64,000 nt of DNA from a virus. The notes below the pieces were generated by a model that saw only the letters and a program-made list of their open reading frames with translations, searched no databases and had not been told where the DNA came from. Both the position numbers and the translations under genes were made by a program. Below are positions 1-9,650 of the stretch, piece after piece; positions within the stretch are counted from its first letter, which is position 1, and each line of letters begins with the position of its first letter. The DNA lies in IMG/VR virus record IMGVR_UViG_3300030106_006480, positions 10,143 to 74,142 of that record, one strand, 5' to 3'.

Positions 1-98
1 ATGCCAAACATCCACTGCCCTAAGGAAACTTTAATTTCCATAGGGGGCGTTTAGAGGTTTCTATATCCTAGGAGGACTTAACCAAATAGTTAGTGAGT

Positions 99-950
99 TT
101 AAACACCTGAAATATTATCTACTATTTCTTCAGGAGTCATTTGGTTATAGTACTCTTTTACTACTTTCAACCACTTTTCTTGACAGATATTCAAGTGATT
201 TCTAGTGATTTTAAATAGCTGTGTTTTCTCAGGAGTAGACACAAGAATTGCAGCTTGAGCACATTTAATTCCTAGAGTTTGCTCTATACCCAGTGCATAT
301 GCACCAAGTTGTAAGCAGCATTTATTAAACTTCATGTAGCCTGCTAGGTTTTCACGCCACTCAGGTGAACCTTTTTCTAAATTTTTAGGCCACCAACGAT
401 AGTAAGGTTTCACACTAGTCTTCAAGTCAGCTAAAGTGACTTTGCCTCTAGCAATCCCAATAATATCTGGAGACCCTACCCATGAACGTTCTTCGTCGTC
501 TTGGCCCCAAACCCGACCGATACCATCTTGAGACAGGGCAAACTGGTGGTCATCACGCATCGGGGTTTCAGCCCACAACACCTCCTGAAATTGATTTAAA
601 ATCTCAGGCATACCCTCCCAATAAGATGAGTATTCTTGAGGAACATCAAAATCTTCTTTTTTAAGATAGTGTTCCATGCAGCTATGAATACTGGTACCAC
701 GTTCAGCAGCAGCTTCTTTAACACCAGGGTTTGCCTTTGACCACATCTCAAGTTTCTTTTTATTTGCTTCTGATGCTGTTTCAGAAATGATAGTAGTTAC
801 AGAAGGAGCTGGCCCACTCCAGAAAGGAGTTTCATAGTGACGTTTACCATTGATTGTAATTCTTGCAGGCTTTTTATTTAGCTCTTCAAATACAGAGGGA
901 TTTTCTTTAAAAATATCTTTAACAGTTTTCGATTTCTTTTCTACAACCAT
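99..950 (-). CDS. PD-(D/E)XK exonuclease (phage Cas4/RecB-like family)
   Basis: PSVTTIIS, RGTSIH, AE, GSPD...DLKTS and QLGAYA motifs typical of phage PD-(D/E)XK exonucleases. Confidence 0.85.
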   Translation of the reverse strand: MVVEKKSKTVKDIFKENPSVFEELNKKPARITINGKRHYETPFWSGPAPSVTTIISETASEANKKKLEMWSKANPGVKEAAAERGTSIHSCMEHYLKKEDFDVPQEYSSYWEGMPEILNQFQEVLWAETPMRDDHQFALSQDGIGRVWGQDDEERSWVGSPDIIGIARGKVTLADLKTSVKPYYRWWPKNLEKGSPEWRENLAGYMKFNKCCLQLGAYALGIEQTLGIKCAQAAILVSTPEKTQLFKITRNHLNICQEKWLKVVKEYYNQMTPEEIVDNISGV

Positions 951-974
951 TACGAGTTGTGTATATTGTAATTA

Positions 975-1853
975 TTGTACAGGAATTTAAAAATGACGCA
1001 AAAGCGTTTGGCAATTTTGACTCTTTGGAGAGACAGCGAAGATTATATCGAACGTTCTTTAAAACAGTTTGAAGCTCTTGAAAAAGCTTTTGAAGAAGAA
1101 ACAGATCCCATTATCCCTATCTATGGCTTTTTTGAAAATGATTCACAAGACAATACGGCTCAAATCCTAGAGGAATGGTTAAAAAATCGTGTAGGTTTTG
1201 TAGTAGCTGAAACTATTAATGCTCCAAAATGGGGAAGCGTTTCCTCTCTGGATAGAGTTAGGTATCAAGCACGCTATCGCAATTCTGCTCTGGCATTGTT
1301 AAATCGGTATCAATATGACTACCTTTTAGTAGCAGATAGTGATGTGCATTGGGAGCCTGATTGTGTTTTAGCTCTAATGGATTTTCTAGAAGAAGACGGA
1401 GTAGGAGGAGATGCAGGCATGGTATCTCCAAATACAGTTCAAAACGTACGCGATCACGTACAAGATACAGATGAAGAAACTTACTTTGACAGCTGGTCTC
1501 TAGTAGACATTGCAGGAAATCAGTGCCTTACTTTTGCAGCTAATCCATTTTTAGATCCAGATGATCGACTTGATTGGGAAAGTGGTGTGCCAGTTGCATG
1601 CAATAGTGCGTTTGGTTCAATTGCAATGGTTAAACAAGAAGCAATGTCAGGTGTTGAATGGGATGTTATTGACGGAGTAGAGCACTGGGAATTCTGTAAA
1701 AAAATCAGGGAGAATGGCTACAGAGTTTTTGCTGATCCTTTAATTCATGCTCGCATTGTTCATAAAGATAAAATTAAACCAGTACCTGCAGTAGTTGAAT
1801 ATCAAAGGCAAAAGCTCAAGAAGTTTGAGCTTCAAGAATTATTTAAATCATAA
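975..1853 (+). CDS. GT-A fold glycosyltransferase
   Basis: FENDSQDNT, RNSAL, DxD motif (VADSDV), SAFGSIA and EHWEFC motifs. Confidence 0.75.
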   Translation: MYRNLKMTQKRLAILTLWRDSEDYIERSLKQFEALEKAFEEETDPIIPIYGFFENDSQDNTAQILEEWLKNRVGFVVAETINAPKWGSVSSLDRVRYQARYRNSALALLNRYQYDYLLVADSDVHWEPDCVLALMDFLEEDGVGGDAGMVSPNTVQNVRDHVQDTDEETYFDSWSLVDIAGNQCLTFAANPFLDPDDRLDWESGVPVACNSAFGSIAMVKQEAMSGVEWDVIDGVEHWEFCKKIRENGYRVFADPLIHARIVHKDKIKPVPAVVEYQRQKLKKFELQELFKS

Positions 1854-2848
1854 TCAATCATCTCATCAACTAAGTCATCAAGGGTATGCTTTGGTAACCA
1901 ATTGAGAATTTTTTGAGCTTTACTAGAATTTCCCAATAAAGTATCTACTTCTGCTGGCCGGTAAAACTGCTCATTAATTTTAATGACTGGTTTCTTAAGA
2001 GTATTACTCCAACCGATTTCATCCAGACCTTCGCCTTTCCAAACAAGATCTAAATTTAATTTGTTTGCTGCTATCTCACAGAAGTGACGAACACTTGTTT
2101 GTTTACCTGTGGAAACTACATAATCATCTGGTTCATTTTCTTGAAGCATTAAGTACATAGCTTCAACATAGTCGGCAGCATGTCCCCAATCCCGCCAAGA
2201 ATCTAGATTACCAAGCTGAAGAATATGTTGTCTACCTTCTTTTACATCAACAAGTCCCTTGGTAATTTTTTTAGTAACAAAATTTTCACCACGAATAGGA
2301 GATTCGTGATTAAACAGAATGCCATTACAACCAAATAAACCATAGCTTTCCCTATAATTTACAGTTAACCAATAGCCAAAAAGCTTGGCAACCCCATAAG
2401 GACTACGGGGATAGAAATTAGTTTCTTCATGTTGGGGAACTTCTTGAACTTTTCCAAACATTTCCGAGGTAGATGCCTGATAAAATTTTGCACCTACATT
2501 TCTACAAGCTTCAAGAATATTTAATACTCCTAAAGCATTTACATGGGCAGTGCTTGCTGGAGACTTAAAGCTAACTCCAACATGGCTTTGTGCAGCAAGG
2601 TTATAAATTTCATCTGGTTTTGAATCCTGAACTAAGCGATTAACAGAGGCAGCATCAGTTATGTCTGAATACTCCAGACGTAGACACTCTGGTAATTGAC
2701 CATTAAAAATCCATTTGAGTCGATCCAGCTGGTGAGGATTTGCATTATTTCTAATTAAGCCTACGATTTCATATTTTTTCTTTGCTAGTAAATGCGCAAG
2801 ATATGCTCCATCTTGTCCAGTAATACCAGTAATAAGGGCTTTCTTCAT
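1832..2848 (-). CDS. gmd: GDP-mannose 4,6-dehydratase
   Basis: ALITGITGQDGAYLA, YNLAAQSHV, FYQASTSEMFG, SPYGVAK, NGILFNHESP, RDWGHA. Confidence 0.97.
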   Translation of the reverse strand: MKKALITGITGQDGAYLAHLLAKKKYEIVGLIRNNANPHQLDRLKWIFNGQLPECLRLEYSDITDAASVNRLVQDSKPDEIYNLAAQSHVGVSFKSPASTAHVNALGVLNILEACRNVGAKFYQASTSEMFGKVQEVPQHEETNFYPRSPYGVAKLFGYWLTVNYRESYGLFGCNGILFNHESPIRGENFVTKKITKGLVDVKEGRQHILQLGNLDSWRDWGHAADYVEAMYLMLQENEPDDYVVSTGKQTSVRHFCEIAANKLNLDLVWKGEGLDEIGWSNTLKKPVIKINEQFYRPAEVDTLLGNSSKAQKILNWLPKHTLDDLVDEMIDYDLNNS

Positions 2849-2893
2849 TTCAAAAATTGTATATACTGATTAATATAAACAAAACACAGAAGA

Positions 2894-4066
2894 ATGGCTA
2901 GTTATTCTTGGCCCTTACAAAAAAATTCTATTGGATTACAGGAAAAATTAGCACTGACTAAATTCTTATGGACAAGTGATCGTTTTACAAATGGTCCTGA
3001 AGTACAAAAATTTGAAAAAGCCTGGAGCAAATGGCAAGGGAAAAAATATTCTCTATATGTTTCTAATGGGTCTTGTGCGAATTTTTTACTCCTAGATGCA
3101 GTCAAAGAACTTTATTTTCCAAATAGAAGATCATTAAAAATTTTTGCACCAGCGATTAACTGGTCAACCAATTTAGCTACATTTATTCAACAGAAACATG
3201 ATATCTATCTTTACGATATTGATAGAAAAACTTATAGCCCTACCTGGGATTCGGTTTCACAATTATCTAATGTGCAGCCTGATATTGTTTATTTGACACA
3301 TGTCTTAGGTATTTCTAACGACATGGAAAAAGTTAAAGAGATGTGGCCTAATGCCATAATTCTTGAAGACTGCTGTGAATCTCATGGAGCTAAAGATTTT
3401 AAAACAGGAAAAAAAGTAGGGACAACAGGAGAAGGAGCAACCTTTTCTTTTTATTTTGGTCATCATATGACAACCATTGAAGGCGGAATGATTTGTACTG
3501 ATAATAAAAATCTATACAATTTATTAAAAGCAAAACGTTCTCATGGCCTGTCAAGAGAAATGCTACCTATACCTAAACAAAAAGTTGAATTAGATAATCT
3601 AAACATTGATCCTTCTTTTTTATTTCCTACAGCAGGATATAACTTTAGAAATGTAGAATTTGGCGCTGTCCTTGGACAAGTCCAGCTTAAAAAATTAGAT
3701 CATTGGAATAAAATTAGAAATAAAAATTATCAGGAATTTTATTCATGTATAGAAGAAATTCCTGAATATTTTTATAGACCAGCTACACCAGAAGGAAACA
3801 GCGCAATGGTTCTTCCTTTTCATTGTAAGGATGAAGTGCTTGCATTAGATCTAAAAAGATTTTTAAACGAAATAGGAGTTGAAACTCGTCCTTTTTTAGT
3901 AGGTAATGTAACCAATCAACCTTTTATGAAACGAGAAAACTGGGTTGCCAGTACGTTGCCTAACGCTAGTCAAATGGATTGTTGTTCTTTTTATATTGGC
4001 AATAATCAATTTGTAAATCCTGCTAAGATTCAAGAACTGATTTGGCAAATTTTATGCGAGTTTTAA
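2894..4066 (+). CDS. DegT/DnrJ-family PLP enzyme, ColD-like GDP-4-keto-6-deoxymannose 3-dehydratase
   Basis: ILEDCCESHGA; SFYFGHHMTTIEGG has His at the usual Schiff-base Lys position; GYNFR...QLKKL; adjacent to gmd. Confidence 0.8.
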   Translation: MASYSWPLQKNSIGLQEKLALTKFLWTSDRFTNGPEVQKFEKAWSKWQGKKYSLYVSNGSCANFLLLDAVKELYFPNRRSLKIFAPAINWSTNLATFIQQKHDIYLYDIDRKTYSPTWDSVSQLSNVQPDIVYLTHVLGISNDMEKVKEMWPNAIILEDCCESHGAKDFKTGKKVGTTGEGATFSFYFGHHMTTIEGGMICTDNKNLYNLLKAKRSHGLSREMLPIPKQKVELDNLNIDPSFLFPTAGYNFRNVEFGAVLGQVQLKKLDHWNKIRNKNYQEFYSCIEEIPEYFYRPATPEGNSAMVLPFHCKDEVLALDLKRFLNEIGVETRPFLVGNVTNQPFMKRENWVASTLPNASQMDCCSFYIGNNQFVNPAKIQELIWQILCEF

Positions 4067-4767
4067 TCTGTTCGATAATCCGGAATCGAAAAGAATTTTT
4101 ATTTAATTGGAAAGATTTAATACTTTGTTTAGCAGATGAGAATCCTGAGATTACTTTTGATCTTTCTGTATATGAAAATGATTCTATAGACGGAACACAA
4201 GAATATTTAAAACAACTTTTACCAGAGTTAAGAAAAGAATTGAATGAAGTTGTAATAACAATGGGCAATGAGGAGACCCCTTATTTCCCATCTGTTAAAG
4301 ATGAACAACGATGTCATCAACTTGCTACAGCAAGAAATCAATGTTTAGAGCAAGTTTTAATTGAAGAATATGACAAAGTAATTTTCTTTGAACCTGATGT
4401 TGATTTTGAACCAGAAGATTTTAGTGTTCTTTTAAATACAGATGATGATATTTGTTCACCTTATAGCTTGTTGCCTAGCCGTGACTGGATCTATGATTGC
4501 TGGGCTACAAGAATTAGCTTTAAAGATCAAGAATTTACAGGACCAATTTATGATGACATGCCTAATCGTTTAGATGTTGTGTCTACTTTTAATTGTTTTT
4601 GTGTTTATAATGCAAAACCTTTTATTGAAGGGGCAAGATTTTCTGGTATTAACCCCATAACAAAGTCATGGGATTGTGATACTACTGCTATCTGTGCAGA
4701 ATTTAATCGAAGGGGCTACACCAAAGTAGGTTTGTATAAAATTCCTTTGACACATTTTAGAGTTTAA
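4042..4767 (+). CDS. Glycosyltransferase (GT-A-like), distant paralog of 975..1853
   Basis: YENDSIDGT, LATARN, EPDVD, YDCWA and STFNCFCVY motifs; real start probably MRVLICS. Confidence 0.7.
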   Translation: MANFMRVLICSIIRNRKEFLFNWKDLILCLADENPEITFDLSVYENDSIDGTQEYLKQLLPELRKELNEVVITMGNEETPYFPSVKDEQRCHQLATARNQCLEQVLIEEYDKVIFFEPDVDFEPEDFSVLLNTDDDICSPYSLLPSRDWIYDCWATRISFKDQEFTGPIYDDMPNRLDVVSTFNCFCVYNAKPFIEGARFSGINPITKSWDCDTTAICAEFNRRGYTKVGLYKIPLTHFRV

Positions 4768-4799
4768 TTTGTTATTATTTTTAGAGAAGAAATAATCCT

Positions 4800-5057
4800 G
4801 TGGGTAAACCTAGGAAGTATATTGAACGCAATCGAAAAAATTTTCTAGAGCTAAAAAAGAAATTGAAGTGCAACCACTGTGGATATAGTGATTATCGAGC
4901 AATTGATTTTCACCATACACAAGGTGAAAAAGAAGCAAACATTTCTACCATGGTTAGATATGGTTATGCTTGGTCACGAATTGAAGACGAACTAAATAAA
5001 TGTATTCCTCTTTGTTGCAACTGTCATAGAATTGAGCATGAGCTATATGTTAAATAG
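4800..5057 (+). CDS. HNH endonuclease-like zinc protein
   Basis: CNHCG...DFHH...KCIPLCCNCHRIEH. Confidence 0.8.
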   Translation: MGKPRKYIERNRKNFLELKKKLKCNHCGYSDYRAIDFHHTQGEKEANISTMVRYGYAWSRIEDELNKCIPLCCNCHRIEHELYVK

Positions 5058-5111
5058 TGTCTGAGACTTATGTGATTCTATTGAGTTGCTGGGGATTTTT
5101 ATCTATGTTGC

Positions 5112-5663
5112 TTATTCTCTCAAAGTTGCTTTAATGTACCAAGAACTTTTAAAGGAGTCTTCAATCAGTTGTGCCATGTAGTTATCAATATCAGGAGCAT
5201 CTTCTTTTTCTGCTAACTTACGGACTTTTTTTGCCATCATGGCAAATTCCTCTAGATTTTTATAGTAAGTAATTAACATTTGTTTTGCATCATAAGATTC
5301 ACAGTGATTAAACTTTTTATAAGCAGCCAATAAACCTTTCATACACATGGGAAGAAGGTAATCCATTGAACGAATTAACTCACCAACTTTATCAAACTGA
5401 TCTTGGTGAAGTTCATATTGTTTTTTTAAAAACTTATGAATACCAATGAAATTACTAGACTCATAATTGAAATGAATTAAATGAGACTGCACACGAAGCT
5501 GTTCAAGAAAACTAGCCAATTGGGTCATCTCTTGGATAAGTCGCCCTGGACCTTCACTCTTTGGCTTGGGCTGAGCATTATTTTTTACTGGTTCTTGTTC
5601 CCGTTGAGGTGTTTGGCTAATAGTAGAATCGGATTGTTCTACAAAAGGAATGCCGCTATACAT
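5112..5663 (-). CDS. dps: Dps/ferritin-like protein
   Basis: HLIHFNYE...FIGIHKFLKKQYE...DKVGELIR ferroxidase pattern; C-terminal KSSWYIKA. Confidence 0.8.
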   Translation of the reverse strand: MYSGIPFVEQSDSTISQTPQREQEPVKNNAQPKPKSEGPGRLIQEMTQLASFLEQLRVQSHLIHFNYESSNFIGIHKFLKKQYELHQDQFDKVGELIRSMDYLLPMCMKGLLAAYKKFNHCESYDAKQMLITYYKNLEEFAMMAKKVRKLAEKEDAPDIDNYMAQLIEDSFKSSWYIKATLRE

Positions 5664-5717
5664 GAGCTGTTTTTACTGATACTTTATTTTAAAATATAAA
5701 AGTTAATTTTATTCCTT

Positions 5718-6056
5718 ATGGCTAAGGTTATTCGCCCCTGGGGTTGGTATGAAAACCTTTCTAGTGGTGCAGGTTATTTAATAAAAAAATTATATGTAAT
5801 TGCAGGTGAACGTTTAAGTTTGCAATTACATAAACATCGATCTGAACATTGGATAATTATTCGTGGCACAGGAATTATTGAACTAGATGGCGAAAGCAAA
5901 CCAATAAAAGCTCATGACCATATTATTATTCCTGTTGGCACGTCACATAGAGTGACAGCAACAGAACAAGATTTAGTTATCCTTGAACTTCAAGAGGGAG
6001 AAATGTTAGCAGAAGAAGATATAATTAGATTAGAGGATGATTATGGAAGGAAATGA
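5718..6056 (+). CDS. Mannose-6-phosphate isomerase type II cupin (ManC C-terminal domain)
   Basis: RPWGWY, LSLQLHKHRSEHW, EEDIIRLEDDYGR. Confidence 0.9.
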   Translation: MAKVIRPWGWYENLSSGAGYLIKKLYVIAGERLSLQLHKHRSEHWIIIRGTGIIELDGESKPIKAHDHIIIPVGTSHRVTATEQDLVILELQEGEMLAEEDIIRLEDDYGRK

Positions 6057-6205
6057 ATCCATTAAAACAACAAAGAAAATTACAACAGCTTAATGTAAGA
6101 GCTGAGCAATGTTTAACAAGAGAGGAGGCACAGGAGGTTCTAAAAAAAGCAAACAAAGCTCAATGTAAAATCGATTTTGCTTCTTACTATGGACAAAGAC
6201 ACTAA
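6053..6205 (+). CDS. Small hypothetical protein (50 aa, absent from ORF track)
   Basis: MNPLKQQRKLQQLNVRAEQCLTREEAQ...; ATGA overlap with the cupin stop codon. Confidence 0.55.
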   Translation: MNPLKQQRKLQQLNVRAEQCLTREEAQEVLKKANKAQCKIDFASYYGQRH

Positions 6206-6338
6206 AGACAACTGGCAAAAGATTAAAAATTATTTTGAAGATTTGCCGGAAGAAAAACGGGACAACATGTTTTACAAAAGAGCTGTAGCTATTTGCGCAG
6301 ACAAAGACGATCCCCTATTAGACGTTCCCTCTTTTTAA
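6189..6338 (+). CDS. Small cyanophage-type hypothetical protein (49 aa, absent from ORF track)
   Basis: MDKDTKDNWQKIK...FYKRAVAI...DP; overlaps previous ORF; followed by a hairpin. Confidence 0.55.
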   Translation: MDKDTKDNWQKIKNYFEDLPEEKRDNMFYKRAVAICADKDDPLLDVPSF

Positions 6339-6348
6339 TTTGTAATTT

Positions 6349-6369
6349 AGAGGAGGTTAGTCCTCCTCT
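6349..6369 (+). terminator. Hairpin, possible terminator
   Basis: AGAGGAGG-TTAGT-CCTCCTCT inverted repeat after the small-ORF cluster; weak U tract. Confidence 0.35.
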
Positions 6370-6540
6370 TATAGAATAGAAGATCGCATATTTTTTATTA
6401 TGTTTAAATCTTTTATTCAATCACTTAGGTTACAACGCTGGCCCATAATGAGCACAGAGGAAAAGTTTAAAGAAAAACAGAAAAAACTTTTAGCCAAATT
6501 AAAAGGGACAGATCAAAACAAAACTAAAATGTGACTACAA

Positions 6541-6834
6541 TTAGTCATGAAATCCAGCAACAAAGGTTTCTTTTTTTGTAGGTAAGTCTATATCTTGTTG
6601 TTGTTTTAATAGTTCTTTATGTTCTTCTTGTTGAATAATATATTGCTTAACAGCTTCAATACGCTCAAACCATAAGTCCCTTTGAGCTTTACCAGCTTCA
6701 TTTAAGCAAAAGTCTTGCCAAAGCCCAGTAAAAAGATTATTATCACGACCAGAGCATTGATACATGTGTTCCATGAATTCAGCACGTCGCTGTTGCTCCT
6801 TGACATCCCAGTCTTTTAGATACGAAGTGTCCAT
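6541..6834 (-). CDS. Hypothetical protein
   Basis: ORF in a tightly packed minus-strand operon. Confidence 0.6.
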   Translation of the reverse strand: MDTSYLKDWDVKEQQRRAEFMEHMYQCSGRDNNLFTGLWQDFCLNEAGKAQRDLWFERIEAVKQYIIQQEEHKELLKQQQDIDLPTKKETFVAGFHD

Positions 6835-7029
6835 TTACTCTCCAATGACCTGTATAGATTTTACATCTGTCAACAAACTATGCACGGTGCCGTTACGCAT
6901 TTCCCATAAAGAATCAATTAAATCATCGTGAACAATCTCAGAAAATTGTTCTGGTGTACGTCCATCAAATGGGTCGTATTCAATTTCAACATCAACTACA
7001 AAACTAATCTGAGCAATGGGTTTGGTCAC
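6835..7029 (-). CDS. Hypothetical protein
   Basis: Abuts next gene; operon packing. Confidence 0.55.
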   Translation of the reverse strand: MTKPIAQISFVVDVEIEYDPFDGRTPEQFSEIVHDDLIDSLWEMRNGTVHSLLTDVKSIQVIGE

Positions 7030-7065
7030 TGATTGAGAATAAAAGAAGTGGTCTTTAAGATTATA

Positions 7066-7341
7066 TTACTTATCTAATAATTGTTCTAGGCTGTTGACCT
7101 TTGCATTTTCATAATGACCAAGACGTTGTTGAATAATATTTACATAGTTAATAGCTGCATCAACTAAAGTTTCAGCCTCCATAGCACTAGCAACATTTTC
7201 ATTGGCAAGCAGGCCAGCTACTAAAGTAGTGACCTGCCATTCCATTTTGTTACCAATAAGAGCAGGAAGAGGTGTCCCGCTTTTAGTAAAGTTATCTAAA
7301 ACATAGAACAGAAGTTCTTCATAGTTTTTAGAATTAGCCAT
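7066..7341 (-). CDS. Hypothetical protein
   Basis: ORF with operon packing. Confidence 0.6.
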   Translation of the reverse strand: MANSKNYEELLFYVLDNFTKSGTPLPALIGNKMEWQVTTLVAGLLANENVASAMEAETLVDAAINYVNIIQQRLGHYENAKVNSLEQLLDK

Positions 7342-7366
7342 AAAGATCTCTCACGATCTTTCTATT

Positions 7367-7765
7367 CTACCCTTGTTCTGCAAAATACCAGTAGGCTTTT
7401 GCACCGTTGGAGTGATGACGTTTAGCATTAATGAGTTTAATCTTTTTCTCATTTAGCTTTTCAAACTGTTCCCTATTGTAAGGAACATTGTCATTCTCAT
7501 GGATATCAAGCTCAGTTTCAATTAGCTGAAGCTGAAGATCAATATCTTCTACAGCATGCTCATGACATTTTTGTTTAAGCAAAGCTTCTTTAATGTTTTT
7601 GGGAGCATCAAAGTATTGATAGTAATAACTAGGAATTGTTGGATGTTTCTTTGTCCAGTTTTGCATTGAGTAATCGTTTTGTTGTGATCCGATAGTTGGA
7701 TTGGAAACGTACCCCTTCTGGGAGTACTTCTTTGTTTTCGTTTGCAGATTGTAAGGCATCGACAT
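7367..7765 (-). CDS. Hypothetical coiled-coil protein (real start probably downstream, e.g. MQNWTKK)
   Basis: ORF overlapping the 3' end of the Gp157 gene. Confidence 0.55.
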   Translation of the reverse strand: MSMPYNLQTKTKKYSQKGYVSNPTIGSQQNDYSMQNWTKKHPTIPSYYYQYFDAPKNIKEALLKQKCHEHAVEDIDLQLQLIETELDIHENDNVPYNREQFEKLNEKKIKLINAKRHHSNGAKAYWYFAEQG

Positions 7766-8291
7766 TGGGAATAGTTTCGGTTTTTGTTTTAGTAGAAGAA
7801 GTAATAGGAGTACCTTCTAAGTCAAGACATTGTGTAGTAGTAGTTGTCGTTTTTACCATAGCGTATTTTATACGCTCGGCGTCAGACCAATCATCTACGA
7901 TTGTCTCTATTTCTAAAATGTCTTTGATAGGAGATACTGTGAACTCATAATCTTTACCAATAATTTTATTTTCTGGAGCATGACCACGACGATGCAGCTC
8001 TTTAAGAAGAGAACGCATTTGATTAATTTGTGATTGACAGTGTTTTACTGCATCATCAAGTTTTTTCTTTTCTTGCTTGCCGACTTCAAGCATGGATTCA
8101 TATTTAGTTATTTGATAGTGAATTGCATCAATCTTTCTAGATTTGAGCCTGGAACAAGTTTCCAGCTCAGCAAGTGCAATTTCCCTGGTGTCAGGAGTAA
8201 GGAAAGACAGACTGCTCGATAAGGCAGCATAGTGCGAATACAAGTCAAGTGTATTCATGCTATCGAGGTTGAGATGTGTGGCTTGATTCAT
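7629..8291 (-). CDS. Siphovirus Gp157-like protein
   Basis: N-terminal coiled coil with KIDAI; C-terminal LPEGVRF; lies in the recombination/replication module. Confidence 0.6.
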   Translation of the reverse strand: MNQATHLNLDSMNTLDLYSHYAALSSSLSFLTPDTREIALAELETCSRLKSRKIDAIHYQITKYESMLEVGKQEKKKLDDAVKHCQSQINQMRSLLKELHRRGHAPENKIIGKDYEFTVSPIKDILEIETIVDDWSDAERIKYAMVKTTTTTTQCLDLEGTPITSSTKTKTETIPNVDALQSANENKEVLPEGVRFQSNYRITTKRLLNAKLDKETSNNS

Positions 8292-8435
8292 GAGAAGAAA
8301 GAAGAGCAGTAGTTAATTGCAAAAGCACAGACAGCACCAAGGGCAGCCATAGCTACTTCACGAACAAGATCTGTAGCAATTGAAGCAAAGAATGAGAACA
8401 TGAGAAAAAGAAATGATGTGATGTGACTTGAACGA

Positions 8436-9365
8436 TCAGCGTCGGAACTGATCGAACAAGTGATTTAGATGTGGCATAGCTGTTACAGGATAGGGTACAT
8501 AGCCATTGTCAAGCATACGTTCAAATAGACCCCATACGTCATCTTCCGTAAACTTTTCAGTTGGTTGATAAAGCCGCCACTTATCAGCGGTAGCCATGTG
8601 TCCTTTGTCTGTATAGATGACAAGAAACCTTCCTTTATCTTGTAATGTTTTTGGAGGTGAATAAATCCAAGCAGTTGCTTTAGTAATTAAACTACCGCGA
8701 GAAGAAGAGATTAGCTCTGATCTCCGAGACAAAAGAGTACGATAACGTTTGACCCAAGCCTGGTGCTTGCAAGTTGGTTGATAATCACCTAGCTCAGCAG
8801 AAAACTGATCAAGATGTTTGAGTTGTCCTTGGAAAGAACCACAACTGCAATAAGGTTTAGCTGGTTCGTTATCAATTATTTGTTCAGTCTCACTAAAGAT
8901 ATTGAACTTAGGCTTTTCAGGAATCAAACCATCTGGAGAAATTAAATAACCAATATCATAATCTTTAAGAAATTGTTCTATTTGTTCTTGAGTTTGAATG
9001 AAAGAAAGTCTATCAACAAATTTATTCTGCATTTGAGCAGCACTAGTGTTCTTCGAACCACGATAAGCATAGTTGTGTCCTTTGAATATCACATAAGCAT
9101 TGTTTTTCCATAAAGACAATCCACGATTATCAGGACCCATGTAAGCAAAGAAGTTTGGAAACCTGCCTGTAAAATCTTTGTACTGTTGTTTGACGGGAGC
9201 AATAGGATAGTTTTGTTTGGTCCCATCGTTTCTGACAATAATTAGTTCAGATTCTTTAGCATAAATACCAGCAATGTCTCCATCATCAAAGTCAGAGAAA
9301 GTTCTTTTAATGTTTGATCTTGAATAGATTAATTGCTGAGCAAAGTTGAAATCATTGTTAGACAT
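8436..9365 (-). CDS. SWIM zinc-finger protein
   Basis: YCSCGSF...PTCKHQ (CxC...CxH). Confidence 0.7.
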   Translation of the reverse strand: MSNNDFNFAQQLIYSRSNIKRTFSDFDDGDIAGIYAKESELIIVRNDGTKQNYPIAPVKQQYKDFTGRFPNFFAYMGPDNRGLSLWKNNAYVIFKGHNYAYRGSKNTSAAQMQNKFVDRLSFIQTQEQIEQFLKDYDIGYLISPDGLIPEKPKFNIFSETEQIIDNEPAKPYCSCGSFQGQLKHLDQFSAELGDYQPTCKHQAWVKRYRTLLSRRSELISSSRGSLITKATAWIYSPPKTLQDKGRFLVIYTDKGHMATADKWRLYQPTEKFTEDDVWGLFERMLDNGYVPYPVTAMPHLNHLFDQFRR

Positions 9366-9413
9366 GATTGAAATGAAGTGAAGTGATTAGAATGAAACAA
9401 ATGCATCAAATGT

Positions 9414-9650
9414 ATGGAACCTTTAAAACTTGAACCATCCACAGAAGATTTGTTTTGGGAAGCAAAGATGAAGACTTACATAGAAAAGTGTGATAAAGAT
9501 GAATTGAAAGAGGTTGCTACCCTCTTGATAAGGATAGCAACCCAAAGACAGGGAGTAATTAGAGGTTTAATAAAAGACAACATGAACCTTCATTCAAAGA
9601 TTATTGAGTCTTTTCACCTACTCCCTTCTGGTGAATACTCAGAGAGCTGA
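9414..9650 (+). CDS. NblA-like phycobilisome degradation protein (candidate)
   Basis: Short helix-loop-helix STEDLFW...CDKDELKEVATLLIRIATQRQGVIRGLIK fits the NblA pattern; isolated gene against the operon direction. Confidence 0.5.
   Translation: MEPLKLEPSTEDLFWEAKMKTYIEKCDKDELKEVATLLIRIATQRQGVIRGLIKDNMNLHSKIIESFHLLPSGEYSES

Noticed and set aside
99-950. Exonuclease as CRISPR Cas4
   Set aside because: No four-Cys Fe-S pattern and no CRISPR context; it is an ordinary phage PD-(D/E)XK nuclease
2894-4066. Perosamine synthase call
   Set aside because: The catalytic Lys is replaced by His, which fits a 3-dehydratase
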